DNA of 57,780 nt, from sequence record DRR378314_1793; one strand, 5' to 3'. Numbering within the stretch: position 1 is the first letter of the stretch; each line of letters opens with the position of its first letter. The position numbers were made by a program, and so were the translations under genes. A model generated the notes under the pieces. The model was not told where the DNA came from. It did no database searches and worked only from the letters and a program-made list of their open reading frames with translations. Positions 14,235 to 24,555 of the stretch are shown here, piece by piece.

Positions 14235-14867
14235 ATGGACTCAGCTGTATCAGGCACCACAAAAATAATTAGAGATAGCAGTCATAGTAACATCCATACC
14301 TTTATAAAAAATCGTACAAACTCCCTTCACTCTCAGGTAGAAAAACAGCTAGGAGCTATATTGTTCGATAAGGATATGACGCAACAATCGTATTTAAATA
14401 TTTTAATCGCGATGCGCAATAGCTATTCTATTATGGAACAGGCCATATCATCCTTTAAAGCTACACAGCAACTGCTTGTTGGCCGCAGTAAGCTTGACTG
14501 GTTAGATAAAGATATTGCTTATTTACAAGTATCTCGGCCAACCCTGCCTGCTAATTCGAACAAATGTATTGATCTAAATAAAATCTGCAACGTATCACAA
14601 GCATTCGGAATGATGTATGTAATGGAAGGCGCCACCATGGGTGGAGGTCACATATTTAGAGCGCTTAAAAAACATAATTGGATAAATGAGCTTGAAGGGA
14701 TCCGCTTTTTCTATAGCTATGGCGATCTTAGAGGTGAAAAGTGGGCTCAATATATACATGCATTAAAACAATATCATGACCACAACACCAATTCGGATGA
14801 TGATATTTTGTTGGGAGCGAACGCGGCATTTAGCATAATCTCCCAATCACTTGGAGATATAAATTGA
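14235..14867 (+). CDS. bphO: Biliverdin-producing heme oxygenase (BphO-like)
   Basis: TNSLHSQVE proximal His, MYVMEGATMGG signature, FFYSYG; overlaps the start of the phytochrome gene. Confidence 0.88.
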   Translation: MDSAVSGTTKIIRDSSHSNIHTFIKNRTNSLHSQVEKQLGAILFDKDMTQQSYLNILIAMRNSYSIMEQAISSFKATQQLLVGRSKLDWLDKDIAYLQVSRPTLPANSNKCIDLNKICNVSQAFGMMYVMEGATMGGGHIFRALKKHNWINELEGIRFFYSYGDLRGEKWAQYIHALKQYHDHNTNSDDDILLGANAAFSIISQSLGDIN

Positions 14868-17206
14868 ACAATAAGTTTGAAGTCTCGTTAGATAATTGCC
14901 ACAAAGAACCTATTCATATCCCTGGCTCTATTCAACCCCATGGATACTTGCTTGTTGTTGATCCTCAAACTCTCAAGGTATGCTATTTTAGCGAAAACAT
15001 TTTACCACTTTTAAATATGCAAAAAGAGTGCTTATTAGGCTCACATATAAGTGATATTTTTGAGGCGAATACATTCAGCATCATCCAGAGAAACAAAGCT
15101 GAGCAAGACTTTCATACTATTAACCCCCTTGCCATTGAGATAAAAGGAAAACCGACCGACACCTCGCTTAAAGGCGCTATTTCTCGTAACGATGAATATC
15201 TACTCATTGAACTTGAGTTTAGCAAAAAGAAAGACCACTCAAGTTTTGACCCTATGAATTACCTGATGAAGCAATCACTTCATCTAATTACTGACTCAAA
15301 AGAGCTAAGCTCGTCATACGACACCGCAGTAAAAGAGGTTCGTAACTTAACCGGCTTTGATCGCGTTATGCTCTATCAATTTGACCATGAATATAATGGT
15401 CAAGTCGTGGCTGAAGCCAAAAAAGATGAGTTAAACTCATTCCTTCACCAACATTTTCCTGAGTCAGATATTCCAAAGCAAGCGCGCGCTTTATATTTAC
15501 GTAACCCGATCAGGTTACTTGCCGATGTAAATGCAGAGGTATCGCCTATCTACCCACAAGACAAACCGGTAGATTTAAGCTCTTGTACAATAAGAAGTGT
15601 GTCTCCTATCCATTGCCAATACTTGCGCAATATGGGAGTTAAAGCATCAATGTCCATCAGCATTATTATTGCCGATAAATTATGGGGATTGATTGCTTGC
15701 CACCATTACTCGAGCCATGTTGTTCCCTTTGAAGCACGACAAGTTGCACAATATATGGGGCTGATGCTCTCTTATATTATCTCGCTCAAAACGCAATCAG
15801 CTGAAGCAATTCAAGAAGCCAATGCCACCTCAATCAGTGCAGAAATAGCAGAGCATATGTCTGAAGAGGTGTTTTTCATTGATGGCTTACGCAAACAAGC
15901 CCCTGCCTTACTTAGCATGCTACATGCTGATGGTGTTGCATGGCGGCTGGAAAAAGATATTGAACATTTTGGTAGTGTGCCTAAAAATGAAGATATTGAT
16001 AATTTGTTTGAATGGATAAAAGAGCATCATTTAGAAGATGAGTTACTTTATCATAATCATCATTTATCTAATGAACGGGCTGAATTTGGAAAGTTTGCTA
16101 AGTTGGCAAGCGGCGTACTCGCTATGCCTATTTCTACCCATGAAAACCTATTTATTATGTGGTTTCGTAAAGAGGTTATTGAAACAAAAAATTGGGGCGG
16201 AAAGCCCGAAAAAATAATTGAGTTTCTTGATGATGGTAGCCATCGCCTGATGCCTCGCAGCTCATTTCGTCTATGGCAAGAAAATGTTCGCAATAAATGT
16301 ACTCCTTGGCAAGCCAACGAAATATCTTGCGCCTTAAAGTTTCGCAATCATTTGATTAATCATGTAATTGAAAAATCAGAGCGACTTAAAAAGCTAAATA
16401 ACGTATTAGAAACTAAAGTGAATGAGCGAACCGTCGCTTTAAAAGCGGAAATACTTACCCGACAACAAGCTGAACTTGACCTTGAAATTGCACTTAGAAC
16501 AGCTGAAGAGTCTAACAAAGAGTTAGAACGTTTTGCTTTTGTTGCATCTCATGATTTACAGGAGCCTTTACGTAAAATACAAATGTTCGGCGATCGCCTG
16601 CAAAACTCTAAAGAACCGATTGGAGAAAAAAACGCTTCGTATATCTCACGCATGATGGATTCTGCTGAAAGAATGCAAAAACTCATCAAAGGGGTACTGA
16701 GCTTTTCTAGAATTAACCGAAAAGGTGAAGATTTCCGTCGCTTTTTAGCACAAGATATTTTTGACGAAATTATTGATGATTTGGAGCTAATTATAGCTGA
16801 TAAGTCAGCCAAGTTTCACATAGACGACATCGGTGAAATCTATGGCGATAAGCGGCAAATCCAACGCTTATTTCAAAATTTAATTCTCAATGCACTTAAA
16901 TTCAGCCACTTAAATCAACCACCGGTTATAGAAATTAAGTTAATTGAACGATCGGATGAACATATAGTCGTTGCTGTTATTGATAATGGAATTGGTTTTA
17001 ACAGTGAGTTCAAAGACAGAATATTTAACCTCTTTGAACGTGTTCACTCTAAACATGCCTACGAAGGAACAGGATTAGGCTTAGCAATTTGTAAGAAAAT
17101 AATCGAACGCCACTATGGATCCATTACAGCACAATCAAGCATTAATGAAGGCGCGCAATTTTACGTTACGTTGCCGCTAAGAGAAGTGGAGTTAAATCAG
17201 CTTTAG
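14864..17206 (+). CDS. bphP: Bacteriophytochrome histidine kinase (PAS-GAF-PHY-HisKA-HATPase)
   Basis: N-terminal biliverdin Cys (CHKEPIHIPGSIQPHG), GFDRVMLY, SDIP, SPIHCQY, WGG, PRSSF tongue, H-box SHDLQEPLR, N/G1/G2 boxes; TTG start. Confidence 0.95.
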   Translation: MNNKFEVSLDNCHKEPIHIPGSIQPHGYLLVVDPQTLKVCYFSENILPLLNMQKECLLGSHISDIFEANTFSIIQRNKAEQDFHTINPLAIEIKGKPTDTSLKGAISRNDEYLLIELEFSKKKDHSSFDPMNYLMKQSLHLITDSKELSSSYDTAVKEVRNLTGFDRVMLYQFDHEYNGQVVAEAKKDELNSFLHQHFPESDIPKQARALYLRNPIRLLADVNAEVSPIYPQDKPVDLSSCTIRSVSPIHCQYLRNMGVKASMSISIIIADKLWGLIACHHYSSHVVPFEARQVAQYMGLMLSYIISLKTQSAEAIQEANATSISAEIAEHMSEEVFFIDGLRKQAPALLSMLHADGVAWRLEKDIEHFGSVPKNEDIDNLFEWIKEHHLEDELLYHNHHLSNERAEFGKFAKLASGVLAMPISTHENLFIMWFRKEVIETKNWGGKPEKIIEFLDDGSHRLMPRSSFRLWQENVRNKCTPWQANEISCALKFRNHLINHVIEKSERLKKLNNVLETKVNERTVALKAEILTRQQAELDLEIALRTAEESNKELERFAFVASHDLQEPLRKIQMFGDRLQNSKEPIGEKNASYISRMMDSAERMQKLIKGVLSFSRINRKGEDFRRFLAQDIFDEIIDDLELIIADKSAKFHIDDIGEIYGDKRQIQRLFQNLILNALKFSHLNQPPVIEIKLIERSDEHIVVAVIDNGIGFNSEFKDRIFNLFERVHSKHAYEGTGLGLAICKKIIERHYGSITAQSSINEGAQFYVTLPLREVELNQL

Positions 17207-17216
17207 TATTTTACCG

Positions 17217-17975
17217 CTACGTTTGTGGCGGTAAAACTCTATTAATATGCTCTTTTAATTGTCTAATTTCATCTTCAATAGACTGAAAACGCTGATTTTG
17301 AATATAAGATTCCTGATCAGTTATAGAGCTTATTTTTGCCTTCACGTGCCAAACCTCTAAAATATCATCTGCGTGGATAGTGTAAGTTTTGTATTCCGGG
17401 TTATCACTTTTGAATAAGTAACTGACAGGTGTTGTTTCATGGCGAAAAAGGCGCTTAGCGACAATGCCATCCTTAGTGACAACAACGCAAACAGAACCGT
17501 TTTCTAACTGTATAATGTCTTTAACTTGCTCAGTGATAACCGTTTCTCTGGGGCGAATAGTAGGCAACATGCTGTCGCCTTCTACTTCAAAGAGTCGATA
17601 GTTACCATTTTCAAATCCTGGAATTTTATAGACATCTAAGGTATTTATATAGCCTTCATCGCTGCATTGGTCTATGTAACCTGCATGCGCCTCTTCCTTT
17701 ACAAGTGGAATAAATGAAGACTCTAGGACCTTTTGATAATTCTGAAAATGCGAATCATCATACCCCTCTATTCCCAAAATAAGCCAATTGCAGTCAACAT
17801 TAAACTCTTTGCTTATTTTAGTAATAGTACTGAGAGATAAGGTCGACTTTCCCGATTCTAATTGCGATAAAGCCCCTTGAGTTATGCCTATCTTATCTGC
17901 AAACTCTTGTTGCGATAGGTTCAACTTTTCGCGTAGAGCTGTCACTCTATTTGTACTACTATTATTTGATATCAT
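17217..17975 (-). CDS. XRE HTH + peptidase S24 (LexA/CI-like) transcriptional repressor
   Basis: HTH LSQQEFADKIGITQGALSQLESG; Ala-Gly site (AHAG); catalytic Ser (EGDSM) and Lys (IVAKRL); SDNPEY. Confidence 0.88.
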   Translation of the reverse strand: MISNNSSTNRVTALREKLNLSQQEFADKIGITQGALSQLESGKSTLSLSTITKISKEFNVDCNWLILGIEGYDDSHFQNYQKVLESSFIPLVKEEAHAGYIDQCSDEGYINTLDVYKIPGFENGNYRLFEVEGDSMLPTIRPRETVITEQVKDIIQLENGSVCVVVTKDGIVAKRLFRHETTPVSYLFKSDNPEYKTYTIHADDILEVWHVKAKISSITDQESYIQNQRFQSIEDEIRQLKEHINRVLPPQT

Positions 17976-18145
17976 CGCGTTATTAATAAACTTATGTTTG
18001 TGTTATGGGTATAAGCAAGTTAATATAACACCTGCTTAGCTGAAGTATATACTACTTGAGTAAAAAATTACTTAATTGTTGTTTTTAATGAAAAAGTAGC
18101 TAAATAACAAAGATAAGCCACATTCCATAAACTCAGGGGTTTCCA

Positions 18146-18595
18146 ATGTTTAACGACAAATTATTTACTAAAAAATTACGCTCTGTGAGCTTTATTTTAG
18201 TTGCTGATGATGATCTTGATGATCAAGAGCTTATACGCGATGCCCTTGTTGAAAACAACGTCGACGAAAGTAAAATCCAATTTGTAGATGACGGTATGCA
18301 ATTAATTGAAGCACTTGATAAAAATAAAATTTTACCAAGTCTTATCCTATTAGATTTAAACATGCCAAGAAAGGGTGGGAAAGAAGCATTAGTTGAACTA
18401 AAAAAATCGGAGCGTTACCGTCATATTCCGATTATTATTTTTACTACCTCAGATTCAGAAATTGATATTAAACAATGCTATAGCTTAGGCACGAATGCAT
18501 TCATGACCAAACCATCAAGTTATTTTGATTTAGTTGAATCAATGAAAATGTTAACTCAATATTGGCTTGTTCAAGCTAGAATTGTTTTAGACTAA
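18146..18595 (+). CDS. Single-domain response regulator, Rcp1/phytochrome-cognate type
   Basis: ADDD, LLDLNMP phospho-Asp, IPIIIFTTS, CYSLGTNAFMTKP, C-terminal YW. Confidence 0.88.
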   Translation: MFNDKLFTKKLRSVSFILVADDDLDDQELIRDALVENNVDESKIQFVDDGMQLIEALDKNKILPSLILLDLNMPRKGGKEALVELKKSERYRHIPIIIFTTSDSEIDIKQCYSLGTNAFMTKPSSYFDLVESMKMLTQYWLVQARIVLD

Positions 18596-18614
18596 AGTTT
18601 AAAACCTTTTCTGC

Positions 18615-20126
18615 TCACCCCACAAACTTATCGTTGTTTGCCAATTTTTGCATCAGCTGCCTTACAACGATATACAAATCACTTGGTAACATTCCACGCT
18701 CTCCTTCAGCCTTTGCTAAAACATCGCCCGCTTTAGCATGCAAGGTAACACCAAAACACGCAGCTTGCTCAGCCGTTAACTCTTGTGCAATCAGGCCTGC
18801 AATAATGCCTGTGAGCACATCACCGCTGCCGCCTACGGCTAGTGCGGGGTTGCCATCAGTACATACCCACGCTTTAGTGCCGTCAGTGATAATGCTGCCT
18901 GCCCCTTTGAGTACACAGGTCGTTGAATATGTTTCTGCCAGTTTTTGTGCGCTTTGATAACGGTCTGACTCTATATCATTAATGGTACAATCAAGTAGCC
19001 GTGCGGCTTCGCCTGGGTGCGGGGTGAATACCGTGTTTTTCAGTGTAATTGGCGCTGATTGCTGAGCAATAAGATTTAACGCATCGGCATCAACAACCAT
19101 TGCTTTATTGTGGTCAACACAGTGTTGAATGACCGCCTCAAAAGTGGATTTAGCCCATGAGTCTTGGCCAAGCCCTGGACCAATGGCTATGCATGTAGCC
19201 CACTCGAGTGCTGAAGTTAAATCAGCCGTGGTGACCATCAGCTCAGGTCGACCAATACTCACTGCAAGGACTGACTCTGGATGAGTGTATACTTTTACCA
19301 TACCTGCACCACTGCGCAGCGCGGCCTCACCTGTCAAGCGTATAGCCCCAGCAGTGCCCGCATTACCACCAACACACAGTAACTTGCCATGACTGCCTTT
19401 GTGGCTGTTGTTTTGTCGCTTAGTTAAGCCTTGAATGCCGTCATAATTAATAAGCTCTGCGCTGGGTGTAGCCAACTTGATAAACGCTTGACCAACGCCT
19501 AAGTCTGCAAACTCACATTTACCAGTGTGTGCTCTGCCCTCGCCCGTCACTAAGCCTTGCTTTATGCCAACAAAAGTAACGCTAAACTCAGCTTGAATAG
19601 CAACACCTTGTACAACCCCGGTGTCAGCATTAATACCCGAAGGTAAATCAATCGCAACAATGGGTGCAGGGCTATTGTTGGCCGTTTTTATTAGCTTAGT
19701 AAATGGCTCTCGCACCTCATTTTTAAGGCCTGTTCCCAGTAATCCATCTATAATAATGTCAGCAGTTTTTATCGTTTTTGGGTCATAATTTGATATTTCA
19801 CCGCCAACAGCCAACCACGCTTTTTGCGCTGTTAGTGCATCTCCTGTTAAAGGCTTATCTGGTAATGCAGCAATCACCGTAACCTGTTTACCAGCTTGTT
19901 TTGCTAAGCTTGCAATAATATAGCCATCACCAGCATTGTTGCCAACGCCAGCTAAAATGACATAATTTTGCGCATGTGGGTAATGTTTAATTACCTGCTC
20001 AAACACTGCCTTCCCTGCACGCTCCATCAGCGTATACATAGACACAGCGCTTTGCTCTGCTGCACTAGGCTCGTATCTGCGTACTTGCTCGGCTCTAAAT
20101 ACACATTGGGGTAATTTTGCTGACAT
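18615..20126 (-). CDS. nnr: Bifunctional NAD(P)HX epimerase/dehydratase
   Basis: LMERAG, GNNAGDG, DGLLGTG, DLPSG (YjeF-N); SHKG, GPGLG, DADALN, TPHPGEA, GGSGDVL (YjeF-C); ATG 20126 chosen. Confidence 0.96.
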   Translation of the reverse strand: MSAKLPQCVFRAEQVRRYEPSAAEQSAVSMYTLMERAGKAVFEQVIKHYPHAQNYVILAGVGNNAGDGYIIASLAKQAGKQVTVIAALPDKPLTGDALTAQKAWLAVGGEISNYDPKTIKTADIIIDGLLGTGLKNEVREPFTKLIKTANNSPAPIVAIDLPSGINADTGVVQGVAIQAEFSVTFVGIKQGLVTGEGRAHTGKCEFADLGVGQAFIKLATPSAELINYDGIQGLTKRQNNSHKGSHGKLLCVGGNAGTAGAIRLTGEAALRSGAGMVKVYTHPESVLAVSIGRPELMVTTADLTSALEWATCIAIGPGLGQDSWAKSTFEAVIQHCVDHNKAMVVDADALNLIAQQSAPITLKNTVFTPHPGEAARLLDCTINDIESDRYQSAQKLAETYSTTCVLKGAGSIITDGTKAWVCTDGNPALAVGGSGDVLTGIIAGLIAQELTAEQAACFGVTLHAKAGDVLAKAEGERGMLPSDLYIVVRQLMQKLANNDKFVG

Positions 20127-20311
20127 ATTCAACCTTAATCATGGCTTTTTATCAGCATATAAGCGGTGACAATAGCAGTCAAATGATTGGTAAAATCAAA
20201 GCTTATTGCTGCCACTTTATTGTGCTTTGTCTACACAGCCTTTTGTCCTCTGATGAATTGTTGATATGTGATAAAAAGCCATACACAGTTATTAACCCAT
20301 AAGGTAAGCCA

Positions 20312-20710
20312 ATGCCCAATATCAAACAACACATAGGAAGCGTCGCGTTAGTGGTCGAAAACTACGATGACGCCATCGCATTCTATACTCAAAAACTGGG
20401 GTTCGATTTAATTGAAGATACTAATCTTGGCAATGGCAAACGTTGGGTATTAATCGGTCCACCTAATTCGAATGGCACTAACTTACTGCTGGCACAAGCA
20501 AGTACGCCACAGCAGTTAGACTCTGTAGGCAATCAATCTGGCGGTCGTGTGTTTTTATTTTTACACACCAATGACTTTTGGCGTGATTATAAAATAATGC
20601 AGCAACAGAGCGTTAAATTTAACGAACAACCCCGTGAAGAAGCCTACGGCACGGTTGTGGTGTTTGAGGATTTATACGGTAATAAATGGGACTTGCTGGA
20701 ATTGGCTTAA
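20312..20710 (+). CDS. VOC/glyoxalase family protein
   Basis: YDDAIAFYTQKLGF, KRWV, QSGGRVFLFL, YGTVVVFEDLYGNKWDL. Confidence 0.9.
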   Translation: MPNIKQHIGSVALVVENYDDAIAFYTQKLGFDLIEDTNLGNGKRWVLIGPPNSNGTNLLLAQASTPQQLDSVGNQSGGRVFLFLHTNDFWRDYKIMQQQSVKFNEQPREEAYGTVVVFEDLYGNKWDLLELA

Positions 20711-20816
20711 AGTGATGTTAATTGTCTGAGCTATTTTGAACTAATACAGGCAATCACACTAATACACATAACCGGACGTTCAGTAAGCTCTAACCAGTAC
20801 AAAGAAGTGTAATACT

Positions 20817-22283
20817 CTAATTCATGTCTCTTAATAAGGCTTGCTGATAAATATATTCAAAGCGTTCAGAACTTAAACCAATTGCGAAGCTTCTTATGAT
20901 CTCTTTATATTCGCTAGATTGGATTAGCTTTGACACTACTTTATCAAAATCATGTACAAAACGAGCACTTTCTCCACTTCGTTGGCACATTAAATGGCCT
21001 ACAGTAAATGGAGACTTTAGATTCAAATCAAAAGAATAAATTTCAGCATCTGTTATCTCGTGCCAGTATGTGGCTATATCACTAGGGTATTCGATAGTTA
21101 GATCAAACTTATCCAACATAGCCAGTTGTTGCAATCTAGAAAAGGTATTAAAGGCCGCATTTTTAACTTGTAATTCACTAACGTTTTCAAGTTGGAGTTG
21201 TATGTTGGAAGAAAATATTCTTTCTTTTGATATGCCAAGTCTAAATTTACTTGTCGTTAATAATTCAATTAACGTTGCCGTTTTATCATATTTAGTTAAA
21301 TCATACTTTGAGTAAAGACGAGGAGCTAAATACAAAGAAAAAGGCTTTGACATTAGATATAGATTTTTTCTTTCTATGGTCTGTATTTTATTTGCATAAC
21401 ATTGGCTGGTGCCATATTGTTCTTCATTTTCAGAACCTGATGTTTTGACAAACTCAATCTTATAGTGTGGCAGTTTTTTTAAAATAAGCTTGTAAAGCAG
21501 CGACTCCAAAGACTTTTCTGCACCAAACGTATTATATCGTAATAAAGATTCATCATTAGTACTCAATACTATTTTAGTCTCACCTGGTTCAAAAGTTGCG
21601 AACTTGGTATTCATGTAACCTGACTTGTAAAGTTCTTTTAGTCTCCCTGAAGCTTTTAGGTTTGTCATTCTTTGGTCAAACTTAGTGGCTAATTCTTTTC
21701 CTTTTTCATCATTTGAAAAAGCTAGATAGACTGGTCTAGCTGTCACAAGAGGGAGAGAATTAAGTTTTGATTTGTATTCTTCTGGTATGTTGTAATCATA
21801 ATCAACAAAAGCGTCTATACGTTGATTAAACAATAGCGACATTGCTTTTTCGACAGTCGGTACTGGATAATAACCGTGGTCATATTCAATGTATTTATCG
21901 AAGTCGTAACCGTTAAACCAACTTAATACCTTATTGTTTAAATCAGATAGCTTACTAAGGTTATTGGTCGATTCTAAAAAGTATGCATTAACTGGATGAT
22001 CATAATCTAAATGCCAATGAGGATAATATGCTGAAGGGATGTCTTCCTTAGTAACCCCTACCACAACGTCGTAATTTTTTTGTTCAAATAGCTTAGTCAT
22101 TCTCTTATATGTACTAAAGTCGAACTCTAAATCTTCGTCTATATAAATTTCTTTAAGTAATTCAATATAGATACCCGTTTCGTCTGTATTAGTATAGCCA
22201 ACCCAATGGGCTGCCCCGACTTTTACTTTTGCGAAAGCTGTATTTACGAAAATAAAAATTAGCAGTAGCGAGTATTTAGCCAT
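20817..22283 (-). CDS. Exported protein with two tandem periplasmic-binding-protein (family 3-like) domains
   Basis: Signal peptide; GIYIELLKEIY, LFNQRIDAFV, YLAF, LKASGRLKELY in domain 1; second divergent PBP-like domain; start after GAAGGAG. Confidence 0.6.
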   Translation of the reverse strand: MAKYSLLLIFIFVNTAFAKVKVGAAHWVGYTNTDETGIYIELLKEIYIDEDLEFDFSTYKRMTKLFEQKNYDVVVGVTKEDIPSAYYPHWHLDYDHPVNAYFLESTNNLSKLSDLNNKVLSWFNGYDFDKYIEYDHGYYPVPTVEKAMSLLFNQRIDAFVDYDYNIPEEYKSKLNSLPLVTARPVYLAFSNDEKGKELATKFDQRMTNLKASGRLKELYKSGYMNTKFATFEPGETKIVLSTNDESLLRYNTFGAEKSLESLLYKLILKKLPHYKIEFVKTSGSENEEQYGTSQCYANKIQTIERKNLYLMSKPFSLYLAPRLYSKYDLTKYDKTATLIELLTTSKFRLGISKERIFSSNIQLQLENVSELQVKNAAFNTFSRLQQLAMLDKFDLTIEYPSDIATYWHEITDAEIYSFDLNLKSPFTVGHLMCQRSGESARFVHDFDKVVSKLIQSSEYKEIIRSFAIGLSSERFEYIYQQALLRDMN

Positions 22284-22675
22284 CAGATCTCCTTCGTATC
22301 GCTTATAAAATATAAGCATCATTTACAAGTTTTGCAAAACTCATCATTTTAAAAGAGTAATTTCAATAAAGCCCTTTAAATTAGGAATGAGCTGGCTAAG
22401 GGCCTGCTATAGAATTGAAAAATTGATATTGAAATATGGCGTTCGTTTCTACTCAATCAAAGCTACCCTTAGATTATTAACGTTAATAGGCCTTGGGGGA
22501 AATTAAAGTTAGAAACTGCCTAATGAAAGCTGGGAAGTACAGATCGCGCTTATTCTGGCAGGTTGCATAAAACACTACTGGCAAGCATTACCTTAAACGC
22601 TAAAAACGCTTTATTTAGACTTTCACAGCCGAGAACCTATATGCCTTCACTAGCTTCAGCCTTATTAGCTTACAC

Positions 22676-22710
22676 AAAAAAGGCGCACAACTTTCGTTAT
22701 GCGCCTTTTT
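22676..22710 (-). terminator. Intrinsic terminator after speD
   Basis: AAAAAAGGCGCA...TGCGCCTTTTT. Confidence 0.85.
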
Positions 22711-22726
22711 AAAAATAAAACTGAGC

Positions 22727-23539
22727 TTATTCTGTATCAGGTAAGTTACGACCGTAGAAAATCTCTTGCATCTCACGGGTTAACTTAGAACGAATTTCTT
22801 CTTCTTCGTCATCTGATAAGTCATCTGTAGACACACCAAATAAATAAGTATTTAAATCGGTCTCTTTTAGCATCATCTTAGTGTGGAACAAGTTTTCTTG
22901 ATACACGTTCACATCCATCATTTGATACGCTTCTTTAGTATCTTCAGTCATGTAATTCTGAATCGAATTAATCGCATGATCGATATAATGTTTTACGCCA
23001 TCTACATCACGGGTAAAACCACGTACACGGTAGTCAATTGTCACCACGTCTGAATCCAAGCTGTGAATTAAGAAGTTCAGCGCTTTTAGTGGCGAGATAA
23101 TGCCACACGTAGATACTTCTATATCAGCACGGAAGGTACAAATACCATCATCAGGATGTGCTTCAGGATACGTGTGAACGCAAATATGGCTTTTGTCTAA
23201 ATGCGCAACAACAGTGTCAGGCAATGGCCCTGGTGTTTCGTCAACATCGTAGGTTTGCTGCTGCTCGATTGGCTCCTCAGACACCAATATTGTGACACTG
23301 GCACCTTGCGGATCATAATCTTGGCGAGAAACATTCAGAATGTTTGCGCCGATAATATCAACCACTTCACCTAAAATATCGGTTAGTCGATCAGCATTAT
23401 ACTGTTCGTCGATATATTCAATATATTCTTTACGCTGTTGTTCGGTCTTTGCGTAGCAAATATCGTAAATACTAAAGCTTAAACTTTTGGTTAAGTTATT
23501 AAAGCCATGTAGTTTAATTTTATCGAAGGGTTTGTTCAT
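22727..23539 (-). CDS. speD: S-adenosylmethionine decarboxylase proenzyme (E. coli type)
   Basis: [38 protein letters not shown] cleavage region, STCG. Confidence 0.97.
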   Translation of the reverse strand: MNKPFDKIKLHGFNNLTKSLSFSIYDICYAKTEQQRKEYIEYIDEQYNADRLTDILGEVVDIIGANILNVSRQDYDPQGASVTILVSEEPIEQQQTYDVDETPGPLPDTVVAHLDKSHICVHTYPEAHPDDGICTFRADIEVSTCGIISPLKALNFLIHSLDSDVVTIDYRVRGFTRDVDGVKHYIDHAINSIQNYMTEDTKEAYQMMDVNVYQENLFHTKMMLKETDLNTYLFGVSTDDLSDDEEEEIRSKLTREMQEIFYGRNLPDTE

Positions 23540-23626
23540 GATAAACCAACCTATAAACTAGTGAAATCTGCCACTGCAGAATGAAAGTTCGCGGATTTTA
23601 TACGAATTTCACCACGGGAAAAAGCG

Positions 23627-24040
23627 TTATTTTACCTGTTGTTGCACAACTTCGTGACTGTGGGTAATTTCTACTGTTTTATCAAGCATTAATGCAACTG
23701 AACAATACTTTTCAGCAGACAGTTGCACCGCACGTGCAAGGTGCTTTTCAGAGACGTTATCGCCAGTTACAACAAAGTGTAGGTTAATCTTGGTGAATAC
23801 ACGAGGAGCTGACTCAGCACGTTCTGAGCTTAGTTGCACTTGAACGTCAGAGAAGTTTTGTTTAGCTTTTTTAAGAATGCTTACCACATCTACAGATGAA
23901 CAACTGCCAACAGACATTAATACCATTTCCATTGGACTTGGTGCTGCGCTGTCACTGCCGGCATCAAATACTACATTATGACCAGAATTTGAAAGACCAA
24001 TAAACGTATCGCCTTCAACCCATTTTACATTTGCTTGCAT
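23627..24040 (-). CDS. yhfA: OsmC family protein (YhfA-like)
   Basis: SPMEMVL, GSCSSVDVVSILKK, SAEKYCSV. Confidence 0.88.
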   Translation of the reverse strand: MQANVKWVEGDTFIGLSNSGHNVVFDAGSDSAAPSPMEMVLMSVGSCSSVDVVSILKKAKQNFSDVQVQLSSERAESAPRVFTKINLHFVVTGDNVSEKHLARAVQLSAEKYCSVALMLDKTVEITHSHEVVQQQVK

Positions 24041-24118
24041 TTTTCTACTCTAAAAAATTGTTTTCTTGATTGTATGCAAGTCACAAATAGATGCAATAAA
24101 AAGCGATAATCAGTTTAT

Positions 24119-24466
24119 TTAAGCCCCTTCAGCAACAGCATTATCAAATAAATTCTTCACTAATCCGGCAAACTCATCAATAAAGGCATGCTGCTCTATG
24201 GTCACCTGTTTGCTGGTAACACTGCTGAGCACTTCTTGTAAATCATAAACAATGCCATCAACCTCACGCACTATCATGCCGCGTTGCTCTGTTGAAAGCT
24301 CACTGTGTTGCTCGCATAACAACATAACGTTTTCAGCGATATCGTCTTCAATTAACTCCATTATCGTAGGAGCGCCAGGTTTTATTTCGCCGGGCTTCTC
24401 AAATAACGCTAAATTTTGAGTAAGATACATGATGAGATCATCATACCCTTGCCTATCTAAAACCAT
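24119..24466 (-). CDS. Conserved hypothetical protein (DUF3802-like)
   Basis: GYDDLIMYLTQNLALFE and IVREVDGIVYDLQEVL; family assignment recalled, not searched. Confidence 0.6.
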   Translation of the reverse strand: MVLDRQGYDDLIMYLTQNLALFEKPGEIKPGAPTIMELIEDDIAENVMLLCEQHSELSTEQRGMIVREVDGIVYDLQEVLSSVTSKQVTIEQHAFIDEFAGLVKNLFDNAVAEGA

Positions 24467-24555
24467 AATTAAAACACCTGTAATAAAATTATTGGGACTC
24501 TAATGATTTAAGCAGAAAGCGCTTTTAATTGCTACCTTTGCCCAGCAACCAATAC

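Noticed and set aside
17217-17975. Prophage suggested by the CI-like repressor
   Set aside because: No integrase, cro, replication or structural genes and no att-like repeats seen
22323-22675. Possible gene remnant or sRNA between the PBP gene and speD
   Set aside because: Only short broken frames with no recognisable motif or convincing structure
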